Positions 1 through 9,521 of a stretch of 64,000 nucleotides of DNA are shown piece after piece. Numbering within the stretch: the first letter of the stretch is position 1; every line of letters begins with the position of its first letter. Made by a program: the position numbers and the translations under genes. The stretch covers positions 1,014 through 65,013 of the forward strand of contig JAFGDO010000001.1 of NCBI GenBank assembly GCA_016932045.1, in the 5' to 3' direction. The notes below the pieces were generated by a model, which was not told the origin of the DNA, ran no database searches, and worked only from the letters and a program-made list of their open reading frames with translations. Source of the DNA: Candidatus Dojkabacteria bacterium. Its GTDB lineage: Bacteria > Patescibacteriota > Dojkabacteria > JAHIVN01.

Positions 1-349
1 AATAATAATTGCCATTGGATTTAACCTCGACACCGGCATCAATTGTAAGTACTGCTCCGTCACTTACGGTAACATTGCCGGTGAGATTATAGGGGCTGTT
101 TGCTGCTGTCCATGTAGTATTTGTAGTTATACTTCCACTAACATCAGTTGCTTGTATAATTCCTAGTTCAACAAGAACTATCCTCAAAATTACAGTGCCC
201 AATGTCAACAGAATCAAAACGCCAAAAATAATGAAATAAGCTTTATTGATCTTTTTTGTTTCCTTGATCGCGTTATCAATAAGCTTTTGTATTGTATTAT
301 TTCGCCTCTTGCTCATTATTTTATCGTAATCTTCATCTGAAAATTTCAT
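1..349 (-). CDS. Partial CDS, runs off the window start. Type-II membrane-anchored surface protein with a parallel beta-helix-like ectodomain.
   Basis: Manual reverse translation from ATG at 349..347: MKFSDEDYDKIMSKRRNN...KAYFIIFGVLILLTLGTVILRIV (one TM), then TNTTWTAANSPYNLTGNVTVSDGAVLTIDAGVEVK, which resembles NosD/pectate-lyase-type beta-helix repeats. Not in the supplied ORF track because it is truncated. Confidence 0.45.
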   Translation of the reverse strand, partial: MKFSDEDYDKIMSKRRNNTIQKLIDNAIKETKKINKAYFIIFGVLILLTLGTVILRIVLVELGIIQATDVSGSITTNTTWTAANSPYNLTGNVTVSDGAVLTIDAGVEVKSNGNYY

Positions 350-672
350 TTTTTTATAGAATTTTATCATTAGCTACCCGTCGCTCAGATCAACATTACG
401 GCTCATCAGCTTTCTTTAAAGAATTGTTAATGGTGTAAAGGTAATTTTTATATCACCCCTTTGGCAGTTTCTCTATTCTTCGAGGATTTATTTACAATAT
501 ACATATCATATTACAGAATATGGCATTTATACTGACTTGTCAATCAAAAACGCATGTTGCAGGTATATTTGTATGTAATTGGATTTTCGAGGAATAAAAA
601 AGAAAAAGCAGACTTAGACAGGATCACTTTTCATAATCCTTACTAAGTCTGCTTAATTACTCTTTAACTTCT

Positions 673-1713
673 TTAAACAGTCTGATTTGTCTGATCTCCG
701 CCTCCCTGCATTTGATTTCCGCCTTCAGGCATTCCCTGTGGTTGTGAAGGTCCAATGCTTGTCGGAACCTCCGTCTTTCCGCCACCTGCAGATCCCTTCT
801 TCTTATTTACATATACAGCTAGGCCAACAATCAGTACAACTACTAAGAGAACACCTCCGCCCACATACAGCATAGTTCTATCTGCTTCTTCCTCTTCTTT
901 GGCTGCCGGTTGTGCTGGAGCTGGAGTTGCCGCAACAACTTCAAATACTACCCTATCCTCATACACTACTTCATCATCCATATAAACATCTACATCTCCA
1001 AAATACTGACCGATTTCAAGCTCAGGATCGTCAAACATGACCTTTACTGTGCTCGTTGTAAAGGAATCCACCTCCCCTTCAACATCAGTTGTCTCAAGCG
1101 ATTTCAGAAATTCATCATTTATACTTGAAACATCAAGCATTACTTTGGTCGGAGCTATACTGACATTCCCGTCGTTTCTTATTTCTAACTCAAGTACTAA
1201 TTTCTGTCCTACTTCAAACACTGAAATTGACGCTTTCATGACTGTCATACTCTTTACTTCCTGATCAGAAACAGTTAAGTCGACTTTTATAGCTACTCCC
1301 GGAACAAGGACAACCTGACCTTCCTGATCTTGATCTGCTACCCGGACAGTGATAGTTCCTGTATAGTTTCCGTCTTCTGCGTCATCCGGCACATCAACAG
1401 CTACAGTAAATCGGGTGCTTTCCTCGCCCTCAGCCATTGTGAAAGCGTCACTAGGTGTAACTGTAAACCAATCATTGATGCCTTCAACGTTAAGCTCTAT
1501 CGTGACATCTGCTGCTGACTCGGCTTCTGCTCTTGAGATTAGAAATTCATTCTCATAGTGAGACCCTGCCATTAGAGCATCATTATTAAAGTCAGACGGG
1601 GAAACACCAACGGCTAGTACTCCTCTGGCGAAAAGAAATGCTACCATAGCAAATACTGCTGTGAATACTCCCAACTTCAAGAATTTAGTTTTTAAAATAC
1701 TCATACGGGGCAT
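673..1713 (-). CDS. Secreted cell-surface protein with N-terminal signal peptide and C-terminal TM anchor.
   Basis: N-terminal hydrophobic signal (LGVFTAVFAMVAFLFA). Acidic ectodomain, Pro/Ala/Glu linker (PAPAQPAAKEEEE), C-terminal TM (VLLVVVLIVGLAVYV) with KKK stop-transfer and a Gly/Gln tail. Confidence 0.6.
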   Translation of the reverse strand: MPRMSILKTKFLKLGVFTAVFAMVAFLFARGVLAVGVSPSDFNNDALMAGSHYENEFLISRAEAESAADVTIELNVEGINDWFTVTPSDAFTMAEGEESTRFTVAVDVPDDAEDGNYTGTITVRVADQDQEGQVVLVPGVAIKVDLTVSDQEVKSMTVMKASISVFEVGQKLVLELEIRNDGNVSIAPTKVMLDVSSINDEFLKSLETTDVEGEVDSFTTSTVKVMFDDPELEIGQYFGDVDVYMDDEVVYEDRVVFEVVAATPAPAQPAAKEEEEADRTMLYVGGGVLLVVVLIVGLAVYVNKKKGSAGGGKTEVPTSIGPSQPQGMPEGGNQMQGGGDQTNQTV

Positions 1714-1842
1714 GATATAAAAATTAAATTAATTAACTAAAATTAGTTCCTACCAAGAGAGATAGATTAAAACCTACCTCTCTTGATATGTTTTTACTAT
1801 TCAATGCTCAACAAATACCTATTAATTATCAACCGCTAATCT

Positions 1843-3651
1843 TTACCAAGGAGTCTCACCCTTTACAGCAGTCACATAGTTCATACCTTTATAAATACCA
1901 GCAAGCTTTCCTACCGGGACAAAAATACCCCAGTATAGACTTGCCTGTCCAACTGTTGTTGTAGGATTCGCATAAGTTGTCTTTGGACAGTTCAATTCGG
2001 CTTCAACATCAGAACCTGTCAGGGCCACCCCACTTCCATAAGCAGTACTTGGGGCTAAAGCATAATGCTGCTGACCGACTACTATACTATCACCGGTACA
2101 TGAAGGTGTGCTTACATTATCACAGTCCATATCATCGCCTTTCAAGTTTGTATCTAGAACCACATTTCCTGTTCCTGAAACTACTACTGTATCTGCACAT
2201 GTTGCATCCCCTGTACCTTCCGAGTAAGAACCATAGTTAAGAGTACCAACGTCAAGATCAAGAGCTGTTAGACTATTCACTTCAGTTGGAGTAACCGACT
2301 CAGTATTGCCTTGTGCAGTGTCATCGTCTGTTGCCTGCATAGTTGCATACCATTCATCATCTGTCCATGTTGTTCCTGTATCAGTAGGATCTGCATGATA
2401 GTAAATCGTATTTACAACTGTGCACTTATATCCTGCAGTTGCATCTGTATTCTCTCTGTCTGTCTTTGTGCCTGTACAAGTCTCAACTCCTGAATCATAC
2501 ACACATGAAAGAAGAGGATAACAGCTGTCTCGATCTTCTTCACCCGCAGCATCGCACGAATCAAATGTACCCCCAGCCGTTGATTTATATAAACTAACCT
2601 TCACATTGCCCCCAGTGTTCACATCCTGACAGTTATTGCTGTCAGTAATTATTGCATCTATATATACAGTTTCTGTACTATTTGTAGAACTCTCATCAAG
2701 ATCTAGACTTCCGCCAGTAACTGTAATAGTTACAGTATTCACAGTCGGAGCTACATTGTTTACTGTAAATGTAGCTGATCTTGTTGCCGGAGTAGATTCT
2801 AGATTATGACCGTCATACATATATGGATATACATCATAACTAGCATCCTGTATAACCGCTGGCACAGGATAATTACATTCTAATGTTCCCGGTGATGTAA
2901 CACCAGTTGATGAACATAGAGTCGTTCCTGTACAACCTCCTGAAGTAGCACCTGCGGTTTTACAAACGTATAGACTTACAGTATCAGCTGTACCACCAGC
3001 ATCGTCATACTCTGTATACGTTGCCGTAAATGTTGCTGTTCCTCCTGGATTTGCAGAAGGTGAAGTTAGACCATCAAATGTTGGTTTATGGTTTACATAG
3101 AATGGTGACTCTGTACCATCTGAAGCAGTACCCTGACTGGCTGCTGAACATGACCCGCCGACAATTGCATCACATGCAAATGCATACCATGCCTCAGTTT
3201 CACTATTTCCCGACTGTTGTCCGCCACCGTCTGTTTGCTGAATTGCAGAAGTCGTGCAACTATTAGATGCAGCGCTTGCAGCCGAAGTATCATCTCTGCA
3301 CCATCTATTTCCTGAACCGCCATTACATTCCGGAGCACTAGTTCCATTGTGTGTTGGTGCATTACCGTTCTTACAAATAATCAGAAACCAGTTATCACCA
3401 TTATCATCGGAAGCCGTACCCTGGAAAGTAACTGTAGCTCCTACATTAGTCGGAGCTGCAGCAGTTGAGGCTACAGTCTCTCCCATAGCAGAAAAATTTG
3501 GAGCTTCATTTGATACACTTACCTGAGTTTCTTTTGGCTCAGCGGCTTGTGTATTTACTCTAAGTTTTGTGATTGCCAAAAACATCAAAACAATCCCCAA
3601 AGCTCCTATAGCAAGAATCTTTAGGGCTTTTAATTTGTCTTTGATTAACAT
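1843..3651 (-). CDS. Large Thr/Gly/Ser/Cys-rich secreted surface protein with an N-terminal signal anchor.
   Basis: N-terminal TM or signal (LKILAIGALGIVLMFLAI). More than 35 Cys and long Thr/Gly/Asp-rich tracts typical of extracellular adhesin or S-layer-associated proteins. No recognisable enzymatic motif. Confidence 0.55.
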   Translation of the reverse strand: MLIKDKLKALKILAIGALGIVLMFLAITKLRVNTQAAEPKETQVSVSNEAPNFSAMGETVASTAAAPTNVGATVTFQGTASDDNGDNWFLIICKNGNAPTHNGTSAPECNGGSGNRWCRDDTSAASAASNSCTTSAIQQTDGGGQQSGNSETEAWYAFACDAIVGGSCSAASQGTASDGTESPFYVNHKPTFDGLTSPSANPGGTATFTATYTEYDDAGGTADTVSLYVCKTAGATSGGCTGTTLCSSTGVTSPGTLECNYPVPAVIQDASYDVYPYMYDGHNLESTPATRSATFTVNNVAPTVNTVTITVTGGSLDLDESSTNSTETVYIDAIITDSNNCQDVNTGGNVKVSLYKSTAGGTFDSCDAAGEEDRDSCYPLLSCVYDSGVETCTGTKTDRENTDATAGYKCTVVNTIYYHADPTDTGTTWTDDEWYATMQATDDDTAQGNTESVTPTEVNSLTALDLDVGTLNYGSYSEGTGDATCADTVVVSGTGNVVLDTNLKGDDMDCDNVSTPSCTGDSIVVGQQHYALAPSTAYGSGVALTGSDVEAELNCPKTTYANPTTTVGQASLYWGIFVPVGKLAGIYKGMNYVTAVKGETPW

Positions 3652-4126
3652 AAAAAGGAGTTTTAATAAGTAAAATATTGGATAAATTTGTTGTTTAGCG
3701 TAAATTAAATTATTATATACATCATCATCCTAGGTAATAAGAATAGTTTTGTCAAGTGTCATCTGTTGCTTGAATGAAATGATTTAACTAGGTATAATTC
3801 TTCTGCTCAAAACAATTGCCAATAAAGAATTGAAGGTGTAGAATAAATAGTTTAGATCCTTATAGAATTCAGAGTCTAATCTTTCGCCAAGCGGGATAAC
3901 GGTTTGGAAGTTGTTTAAAAAGTAAAAATATTTGTTGCCCTGTAAAAACTCGCTACACTCGGTTCACAGGGCACAAGTCAAACTCGACATTTCATATCAC
4001 TTCGCTCATGAAATGTAAGTTTGCTATGTAGCCCCATCGTCTAATCCTTCGATAAACTCAGGATTGACGAATTAAAAATAGTATAGTTCTTTACAAAATG
4101 AAATAACTCGCCTTGAATGCATTGAA

Positions 4127-4250
4127 GGGCCCCATCGCCCGCCTGCCCTCACGAACTTGTTCGGGAGCGGGCAGGTCTAACGGTTAGCCTGCCTGCCGGC
4201 AGGCAGGGACACCGGGTTTTTCCCGCAAATGTCCATGAGCCGAAAGCGAA
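4127..4250 (+). pseudogene. Decayed partial copy of tRNA-Glu (D-arm to variable-loop region), interrupted by a 20-nt perfect palindrome.
   Basis: GTCTAACGGTTAG (4175-4187) and GGACACCGGGTTTTTCCCGCAAAT match the D-arm/anticodon-arm/variable-loop segment of the intact tRNA-Glu at 4282-4353. They are split by CCTGCCTGCCGGCAGGCAGG (4188-4207). No T-arm or acceptor 3' strand follows. Confidence 0.4.
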
Positions 4251-4281
4251 TGGGAACAGTTGCGAGGATCCCGCAGATCCT

Positions 4282-4353
4282 GGCGCTATCGTCTAACGGT
4301 TAGGACACCGGGTTTTCAACCCGGCAATCCGGGTTCGATTCCCGGTAGCGTCA
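4282..4353 (+). tRNA. tRNA-Glu (anticodon UUC); CCA not encoded.
   Basis: Manual cloverleaf: acceptor GGCGCTA/TAGCGTC (7 bp, one G-U), D-arm GTC-TAACGGTTAG-GAC, anticodon stem CCGGG/CCCGG with loop TTTTCAA (34-36 = TTC), variable CAAT, T-arm CCGGG-TTCGATT-CCCGG, discriminator A. Confidence 0.8.
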
Positions 4354-4564
4354 CGTAAAATCTCGTATAATCCCTGTGGGATTTCGACGGGATCACGTGA
4401 CCCGTCACAGTAAAATCAGCACCTGATGTGAGATGATTTTACATGAGGAAGTGATGAGCAAAGCGAATTTTACGTCCTCACATGGCTCTAGGTGTCATCC
4501 TGATAAACTTCTTAATAAAACAAATAAACCCCAGAAGACATAGTTAAAATATTATTATTTTCTT

Positions 4565-4822
4565 ATGTATTACTATGTCTACGTACTGCAAAGCTTAAAA
4601 AATGAATATTTCTATATTGGATTCACAACTAATCTCAAGAAGAGAGTTAGTGATCATAACAATGGCAGGAATACCTCAACAAAAAATAGGAAACCTTTAA
4701 AACTTATCTATTTTGAAGGCTATTTGAATAAGAAAGATGCTCTGGGTAGAGAAAAGTTTCTAAAATCAGGTAGTGGAATGAGGTATTTGAAGAAACAGAT
4801 GAGACATTACTTTATGTTATAG
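4565..4822 (+). CDS. Small GIY-YIG nuclease-family protein (UPF0213/YhbQ-like).
   Basis: YVYVL...YIGFTTNLKKRVSDHNNG is a classic GIY-(10-11)-YIG plus conserved Arg/His/Asn core, in an 85-aa protein. It lies between two copies of a 15-nt tRNA 3'-end repeat. Confidence 0.75.
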   Translation: MYYYVYVLQSLKNEYFYIGFTTNLKKRVSDHNNGRNTSTKNRKPLKLIYFEGYLNKKDALGREKFLKSGSGMRYLKKQMRHYFML

Positions 4823-5019
4823 ATTTAACATTCTGGTTCGATCTGCGAAGCAAGGTTCGTCTGCCCTGAGCACAGTCGAAGGGACTCCCGGTAGCGTCAC
4901 CAAAAGTTCCTTGACTTCCACACTGATTTTACAAGAATATAGCTGTATCCTTTATACCCTTTGACTTCTATATAATTGGTTGATAGTATGATCTAATAAG
5001 CTTATGATTCACTACCTAC

Positions 5020-7104
5020 ATGAGAAAACTTCTTTCACAAATTTTTCCCTCGGTTTTTATTTTCTCTTTATTTTTAATAATTCCTTTGTTTTTCCCTCAA
5101 AACACTAAAGCGTATGATCAACTCGGAGAAGGGGTCTGTGAGTGCAATTCCTGCAGCGACTGCACATCAGCTCTTGAAGATGATACTAATTGTACGACTA
5201 CAGTAAGACTTACTGTAGATATTCTTGATGAACAAGCAAGATGCATTGATCACCCTGCTGGTAATGACAAAACCTTCGACTGCCAAAACCATACTATAGA
5301 TGGAACCGATAATGATATAGGTATTGGAATCAGCGGGACTTCTGGAGGCAATAATATTACGATTCAAAACTGTTTTGTAAATGATTTTCAAGAAGGTATT
5401 GTAGTTTACGATGGCTCCACATATGTCATAACTTCTAATACTGTATCTTCCTGTTTATTTGGTATCGGCGCCTATCGAAATAGTAATGTAACTATCTCGG
5501 GAAATACTGCAAATCTGAATGATTATTTTGGAATACATACCATTGAAAATACTTTAGCATCAATTACCGGAAATACTGTCACCAATACTACTGCTGAACT
5601 AGGTCCGGCATCTTATTATATCAGTCAATATTCCAATGGATCTTGGAAAGGGATTGCAGTTGAACACTTCACAACTCAATATAAGACCAAATCATTCCTT
5701 GCTCATGAAGATTCAAACGAGTTGAAACTCAGATTTGTTCAGAAAAATATAGATTTCGGCGATATAGAAAGCATACAGCTTTATGCCTGCGGGACATTTA
5801 TCAGTCCAAAATATGCACGATATTTAGATACTGGCGAATCTGTTCTTGAAGATATACTCTATAATGATTTAAATGTAGTTGTAGCTCATGAAAAAGAAGT
5901 CGAAATCGCTTGGGATATTCCACTGATGTGTTCATACCCGTACATTGTTTCTCTTAATGCAAATGAATATGGGCAAGGACTGCCAATTCAATCCCCGCAT
6001 TCTCGAGATTCAGAGTTTTACACCTATGAGATAGACTCAAGTCAACACTCAATCAACACGGATGGCGTATTGAATGAAAATGATAAACTGAATATACCTC
6101 AATTTATATCTATGTGGGAACCGACTTCAGGTCATCCGAAAGGAAATACCTTTGTTTATATCAGTAATGATAATAAAAATGTATATATATCTTTTGACAT
6201 AACTTCTGACAATACAAATGAGTATGGGCAGGACTGGATAGAAATTGAGACTTCAGATACAAAAGTGTTTAGAATTGACGACTTCAATGATAAGTACGGG
6301 AAATGCGGCTTCGGAACAACTGATAAAGTTGCTTTTAAACATCAAATGTGCGAATTTGCAATTCCAAAAGAAGAATTTCATAACTCCGATATATCATTTA
6401 AGGTTAGATATTATGGTACTGGATCAGCTGGTGGAGCAGGAACTGGGATAATCGTTGAAAGCGATAATGCAACTATAAATAATAATGTTGTTACTGATAA
6501 TGCCACCTATGGTATTTTTATAGATAACTCACTCGGGAACACGATAACTTTGAATACAAACACGGTATGTAATAACTATGATACTGATATCATAGGCACG
6601 AATATGGATCCAACCATAACAGGAGATAATAATAAATGCGATACGACTTTTGACTGGAATGATGCGGGAACAACAGGTTGTACTTTTGGATGTGATGATA
6701 CTCCACCGGTTTTTGTTCAACTTCCGGGAAGCACTGAACTGATCAATATAACTGAAGGACAAGTTATAACTGTAAATCCATATACCATAAAAGTAAAACC
6801 TGAGGATGATGAAAGCGGGATCAATAAAGTCGAGATATATATCGATGATGTTTTAATTTGCACTATAACAACACCGGATGCAAATGGGGTATACTCATGC
6901 AATTGGGACACCTCAAAGTATCATTCAACTGTACGTGCCGTAGCTTATAATAACAATAATCTTACAGCACAGATTACAAGGACAGCAAATGTCGCACTTT
7001 CGGAAACAGGACAAAATATTCTCCTAGGCTTAGTATTCGGTTTACTATTAGTTATCGGGACAATCTTAACGAATAGGATAATCCACCAGAAGAAATTACT
7101 ATAA
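5020..7104 (+). CDS. Secreted parallel beta-helix repeat surface protein with C-terminal TM anchor.
   Basis: N-terminal signal peptide. Repeated G-x-G-I-x-x-x-S/N-I-T-I-x-N-C motifs (GIGISGTSGGNNITIQNCFVN...; NATINNNVVTDNATYGIFIDNSLGNTITLNTNTV) typical of NosD/pectin-lyase-fold repeats. C-terminal TM ILLGLVFGLLLVIGTILT. Confidence 0.6.
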   Translation: MRKLLSQIFPSVFIFSLFLIIPLFFPQNTKAYDQLGEGVCECNSCSDCTSALEDDTNCTTTVRLTVDILDEQARCIDHPAGNDKTFDCQNHTIDGTDNDIGIGISGTSGGNNITIQNCFVNDFQEGIVVYDGSTYVITSNTVSSCLFGIGAYRNSNVTISGNTANLNDYFGIHTIENTLASITGNTVTNTTAELGPASYYISQYSNGSWKGIAVEHFTTQYKTKSFLAHEDSNELKLRFVQKNIDFGDIESIQLYACGTFISPKYARYLDTGESVLEDILYNDLNVVVAHEKEVEIAWDIPLMCSYPYIVSLNANEYGQGLPIQSPHSRDSEFYTYEIDSSQHSINTDGVLNENDKLNIPQFISMWEPTSGHPKGNTFVYISNDNKNVYISFDITSDNTNEYGQDWIEIETSDTKVFRIDDFNDKYGKCGFGTTDKVAFKHQMCEFAIPKEEFHNSDISFKVRYYGTGSAGGAGTGIIVESDNATINNNVVTDNATYGIFIDNSLGNTITLNTNTVCNNYDTDIIGTNMDPTITGDNNKCDTTFDWNDAGTTGCTFGCDDTPPVFVQLPGSTELINITEGQVITVNPYTIKVKPEDDESGINKVEIYIDDVLICTITTPDANGVYSCNWDTSKYHSTVRAVAYNNNNLTAQITRTANVALSETGQNILLGLVFGLLLVIGTILTNRIIHQKKLL

Positions 7105-7180
7105 GAATTAATGCTTTCTGAATGTTCTTTTGAAGGAAAACTTGCTATTTCTATTTCCAAAGTGTATACGAAAGATAGTG

Positions 7181-8323
7181 TTAACCTTTTTTGTTACTGC
7201 GTTTTTTCCTTATGAAAATTAAGAATATTAAAGCTAGGATAACAATAGCAACAACAAATATGCAAAGTACAGATATACAGCAAATTATGAAACCAGAGGC
7301 GGAATCACTAGTATCTCCACCCGTCTTATTACTTATTATATCCAAGATATTATCATCATCAGAAGATAAAATTGATGATGAAAAACACGAACACCCCGGA
7401 AATGGCGTCTGCATCTCATTACTTGAACACTTTTGCAGACACTTCTCATCCTCAAGCCCACTTGTCCACCAAAGGCCGTCCTCCCTATAATCATATGGAG
7501 TTATATTGCTTTCGTCAAAATCATATTTTGTAAAAGTAAACTGTTCACCTGAACGGACCGTAATTAAATTCCCAGTTTTATTATCAATCTCAACTTCTCC
7601 TTCCAGCACCTTATAAGTATATTCATCACCACTATGTTCAAAGATAAACTCACTTCTTGACCCAGCTACATTATCGAGTGAATCTTCTTCGCCTTTGGTA
7701 AGCTCTCTGTATCTTTCACCGCTCATCAGCCGGGTATATTCTCCCTCATTAATTAAAAACATATTTTTAGCGTTTATCCAGAGTTTTTCAACATTACTCA
7801 ATTCAACATAGTATTTACGCTGCAATATATATGAAGAGAATTCAGTAAATTCACGTAACTGTCCATTTGGAAATAGTATCTCCACGTACTGATCCTCAGC
7901 TACCATGATCATATCTCCTTCATATATAAACGAGCCGACTTCAACTTCGATATATTCACTAGATCCATAGCGTTTGACTTCAAGTTTTCCCGGGACGTCT
8001 TTATGCTCTCTATCAAAAGCATATACATAACCAGAAGCGCCACTTTCATAAAGAACTCTTTCAATGCACTTTCGATCGTAACGGCAGTCTTCACTTACAT
8101 ATGGACAGTAACACGTACATTCTTCTCCTTGAGGACAATTACAGGAGATGAACTTTTGAGCCGCGTCATCGAAATACCCAACACAGTTTTTTGTACAAGG
8201 TGTCTTGCCACAAAGGTAGCAGTCACTAGCTCCCTTAGGACAATCCTCAGCTTTAACCGGGAAATGAATAAAAAGTAAAGATGAAACTATAAATAATAAT
8301 GAAAATATTATTTTTTTATTCAT
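7181..8323 (-). CDS. Cys-rich secreted protein with C-terminal TM anchor.
   Basis: Signal peptide. N-terminal Cys cluster (CPKGASDCYLCGKTPCTKNCVGY...CNCPQGEECTCYCPY). C-terminal TM (FIICCISVLCIFVVAIVILALIFLIFI) followed by RKKRSNKKG. Confidence 0.5.
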   Translation of the reverse strand: MNKKIIFSLLFIVSSLLFIHFPVKAEDCPKGASDCYLCGKTPCTKNCVGYFDDAAQKFISCNCPQGEECTCYCPYVSEDCRYDRKCIERVLYESGASGYVYAFDREHKDVPGKLEVKRYGSSEYIEVEVGSFIYEGDMIMVAEDQYVEILFPNGQLREFTEFSSYILQRKYYVELSNVEKLWINAKNMFLINEGEYTRLMSGERYRELTKGEEDSLDNVAGSRSEFIFEHSGDEYTYKVLEGEVEIDNKTGNLITVRSGEQFTFTKYDFDESNITPYDYREDGLWWTSGLEDEKCLQKCSSNEMQTPFPGCSCFSSSILSSDDDNILDIISNKTGGDTSDSASGFIICCISVLCIFVVAIVILALIFLIFIRKKRSNKKG

Positions 8324-8564
8324 TATTTTAAACTTAAAATAAAGTTACTAGTAATATCAGTATAATCCATAGAATTAGGAATGACAACTGTATTGATTGC
8401 GGAAAGCTTTTTTACTGGGGTACAAACTGAAGGTTAAACGACCGCTACATCCATGAAGCCGATTTTGTGATCAGTAACTATGAAGAGATCATCCCGCCAG
8501 CCTCGAAATACCGCTGACAACCTACTAAACTACATTTACTTCAAGTTCGAATATATGTTACATT

Positions 8565-9521
8565 ATGTCTGGAATGAAACATAATCGGCCCTGGTATAAA
8601 ATTCTCATAATCATCTGTATGTTAATTTCCTTCATACTAGTTGCAGTTACTGGGACCATCAAATCAAAAGGGCTACTGCAACCACTTCACATTCCTTACG
8701 ACTCCATCCCTTTGAATGTGATTTCATCTATCCACGACATTACTGGCCCACTGTTTTTAATTCTCGTCTTATTACATCTAATAATTCAAAGACATTGGTT
8801 CATAGCCCTTTTCAAAATTATTTCCAATCCGAAATCGCTAAAAAACATACTACTTTTTATCTTAGGAGTGATCATAATGGCATTGCTATTCCTTATATAT
8901 AATTCTCTTTCTGGAAGATTCCGGTCATCAGAGGAGATAAAAGAACTTGAGTCAATTGAGATAAAAGAATACGAAGGAGAAGATCTTTCGTCAATTACGG
9001 ATTTTAGGGAAAATTCCATTAAAGGTCCTCAATATATAGATAGAAATACTTACAAACTTAAAATACACGGATTAACAGAAAATGAATTAAATCTTTCTTA
9101 TGGTGAGGTTCTAGAATTTGATTCCTACAAAAAGGTAGTAACCTTACATTGCGTAGAAGGCTGGAGTACGAAAATACTTTGGGAAGGCATTCTTCTTAAA
9201 GATCTTTTTGAAGACGCAAAAGTAAAACAAAATGCAAACACTGTTATATTTCGAGCTTATGACGGCTACTCCACTTCTCTTCCGCTTGATTTTATTTCGG
9301 ACAACGACATCCTGCTTGCCTGTAAGATGAACAACGTCGAACTCCCCACAGAAAGAGGTTTTCCATTCCAGGTTGTTGCTGAGTCAAAATGGGGATACAA
9401 GTGGGTTAAATGGGTAACCGAAATAGAACTTTCAGATGATGAGGATTACAAAGGATACTGGGAAAATGCAGGTTATAATCAAGACGCAGACATAGAGGGT
9501 CCTATTTTTGAAGATAAATAA
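8565..9521 (+). CDS. Sulfite-oxidase-family molybdopterin oxidoreductase (MsrP/YedY-like catalytic domain) fused to an N-terminal His-containing membrane domain.
   Basis: HCVEGWS, YDGYSTSLPLDF, DILLACKMNNVELP, ERGFPFQVVAESKWGYKWVKWVTEIEL match the Oxidored_molyb fold of YedY/MsrP. The N-terminal about 110 aa carry 3 TM segments with several His. Confidence 0.7.
   Translation: MSGMKHNRPWYKILIIICMLISFILVAVTGTIKSKGLLQPLHIPYDSIPLNVISSIHDITGPLFLILVLLHLIIQRHWFIALFKIISNPKSLKNILLFILGVIIMALLFLIYNSLSGRFRSSEEIKELESIEIKEYEGEDLSSITDFRENSIKGPQYIDRNTYKLKIHGLTENELNLSYGEVLEFDSYKKVVTLHCVEGWSTKILWEGILLKDLFEDAKVKQNANTVIFRAYDGYSTSLPLDFISDNDILLACKMNNVELPTERGFPFQVVAESKWGYKWVKWVTEIELSDDEDYKGYWENAGYNQDADIEGPIFEDK

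Noticed and set aside
687-1518. Short + strand ORFs (62-76 aa) nested inside the minus-strand 673-1713 gene.
   Set aside because: They overlap a longer gene with coherent signal-peptide and anchor architecture. They are low-complexity (Ser/Thr/Ile-rich) antisense translations and have no motifs.
1977-3526. Several 60-90-aa ORFs on both strands inside the 1843-3651 gene.
   Set aside because: Antisense or frame-shifted shadows of a long Cys/Thr-rich gene. His/Leu- or Cys-rich low-complexity products are typical of out-of-frame reading.
4031-4075. Possible additional tRNA beginning GCCCCATCGTCTAATCC, which resembles the 5' end of plastid/cyanobacterial tRNA-Glu.
   Set aside because: No complementary 3' acceptor strand (ATGGGGC) found within 400 nt. 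The D-region contains an AATCC/GGATT hairpin that is not cloverleaf-compatible. Probably another decayed fragment. Left for tRNAscan/split-tRNA search.
4355-4885. Intact integrated prophage or integrative element at tRNA-Glu.
   Set aside because: The segment between the 15-nt repeats is only 531 bp and encodes no integrase, capsid or replication genes. It is described as a remnant or mini-cassette instead.
4841-4901. Second complete tRNA at the downstream ACCA-bearing repeat.
   Set aside because: Only the last 15 nt match tRNA-Glu. The upstream sequence lacks T-stem pairing (GGTTCGATC is not flanked by complementary arms) and has no D or anticodon arms.
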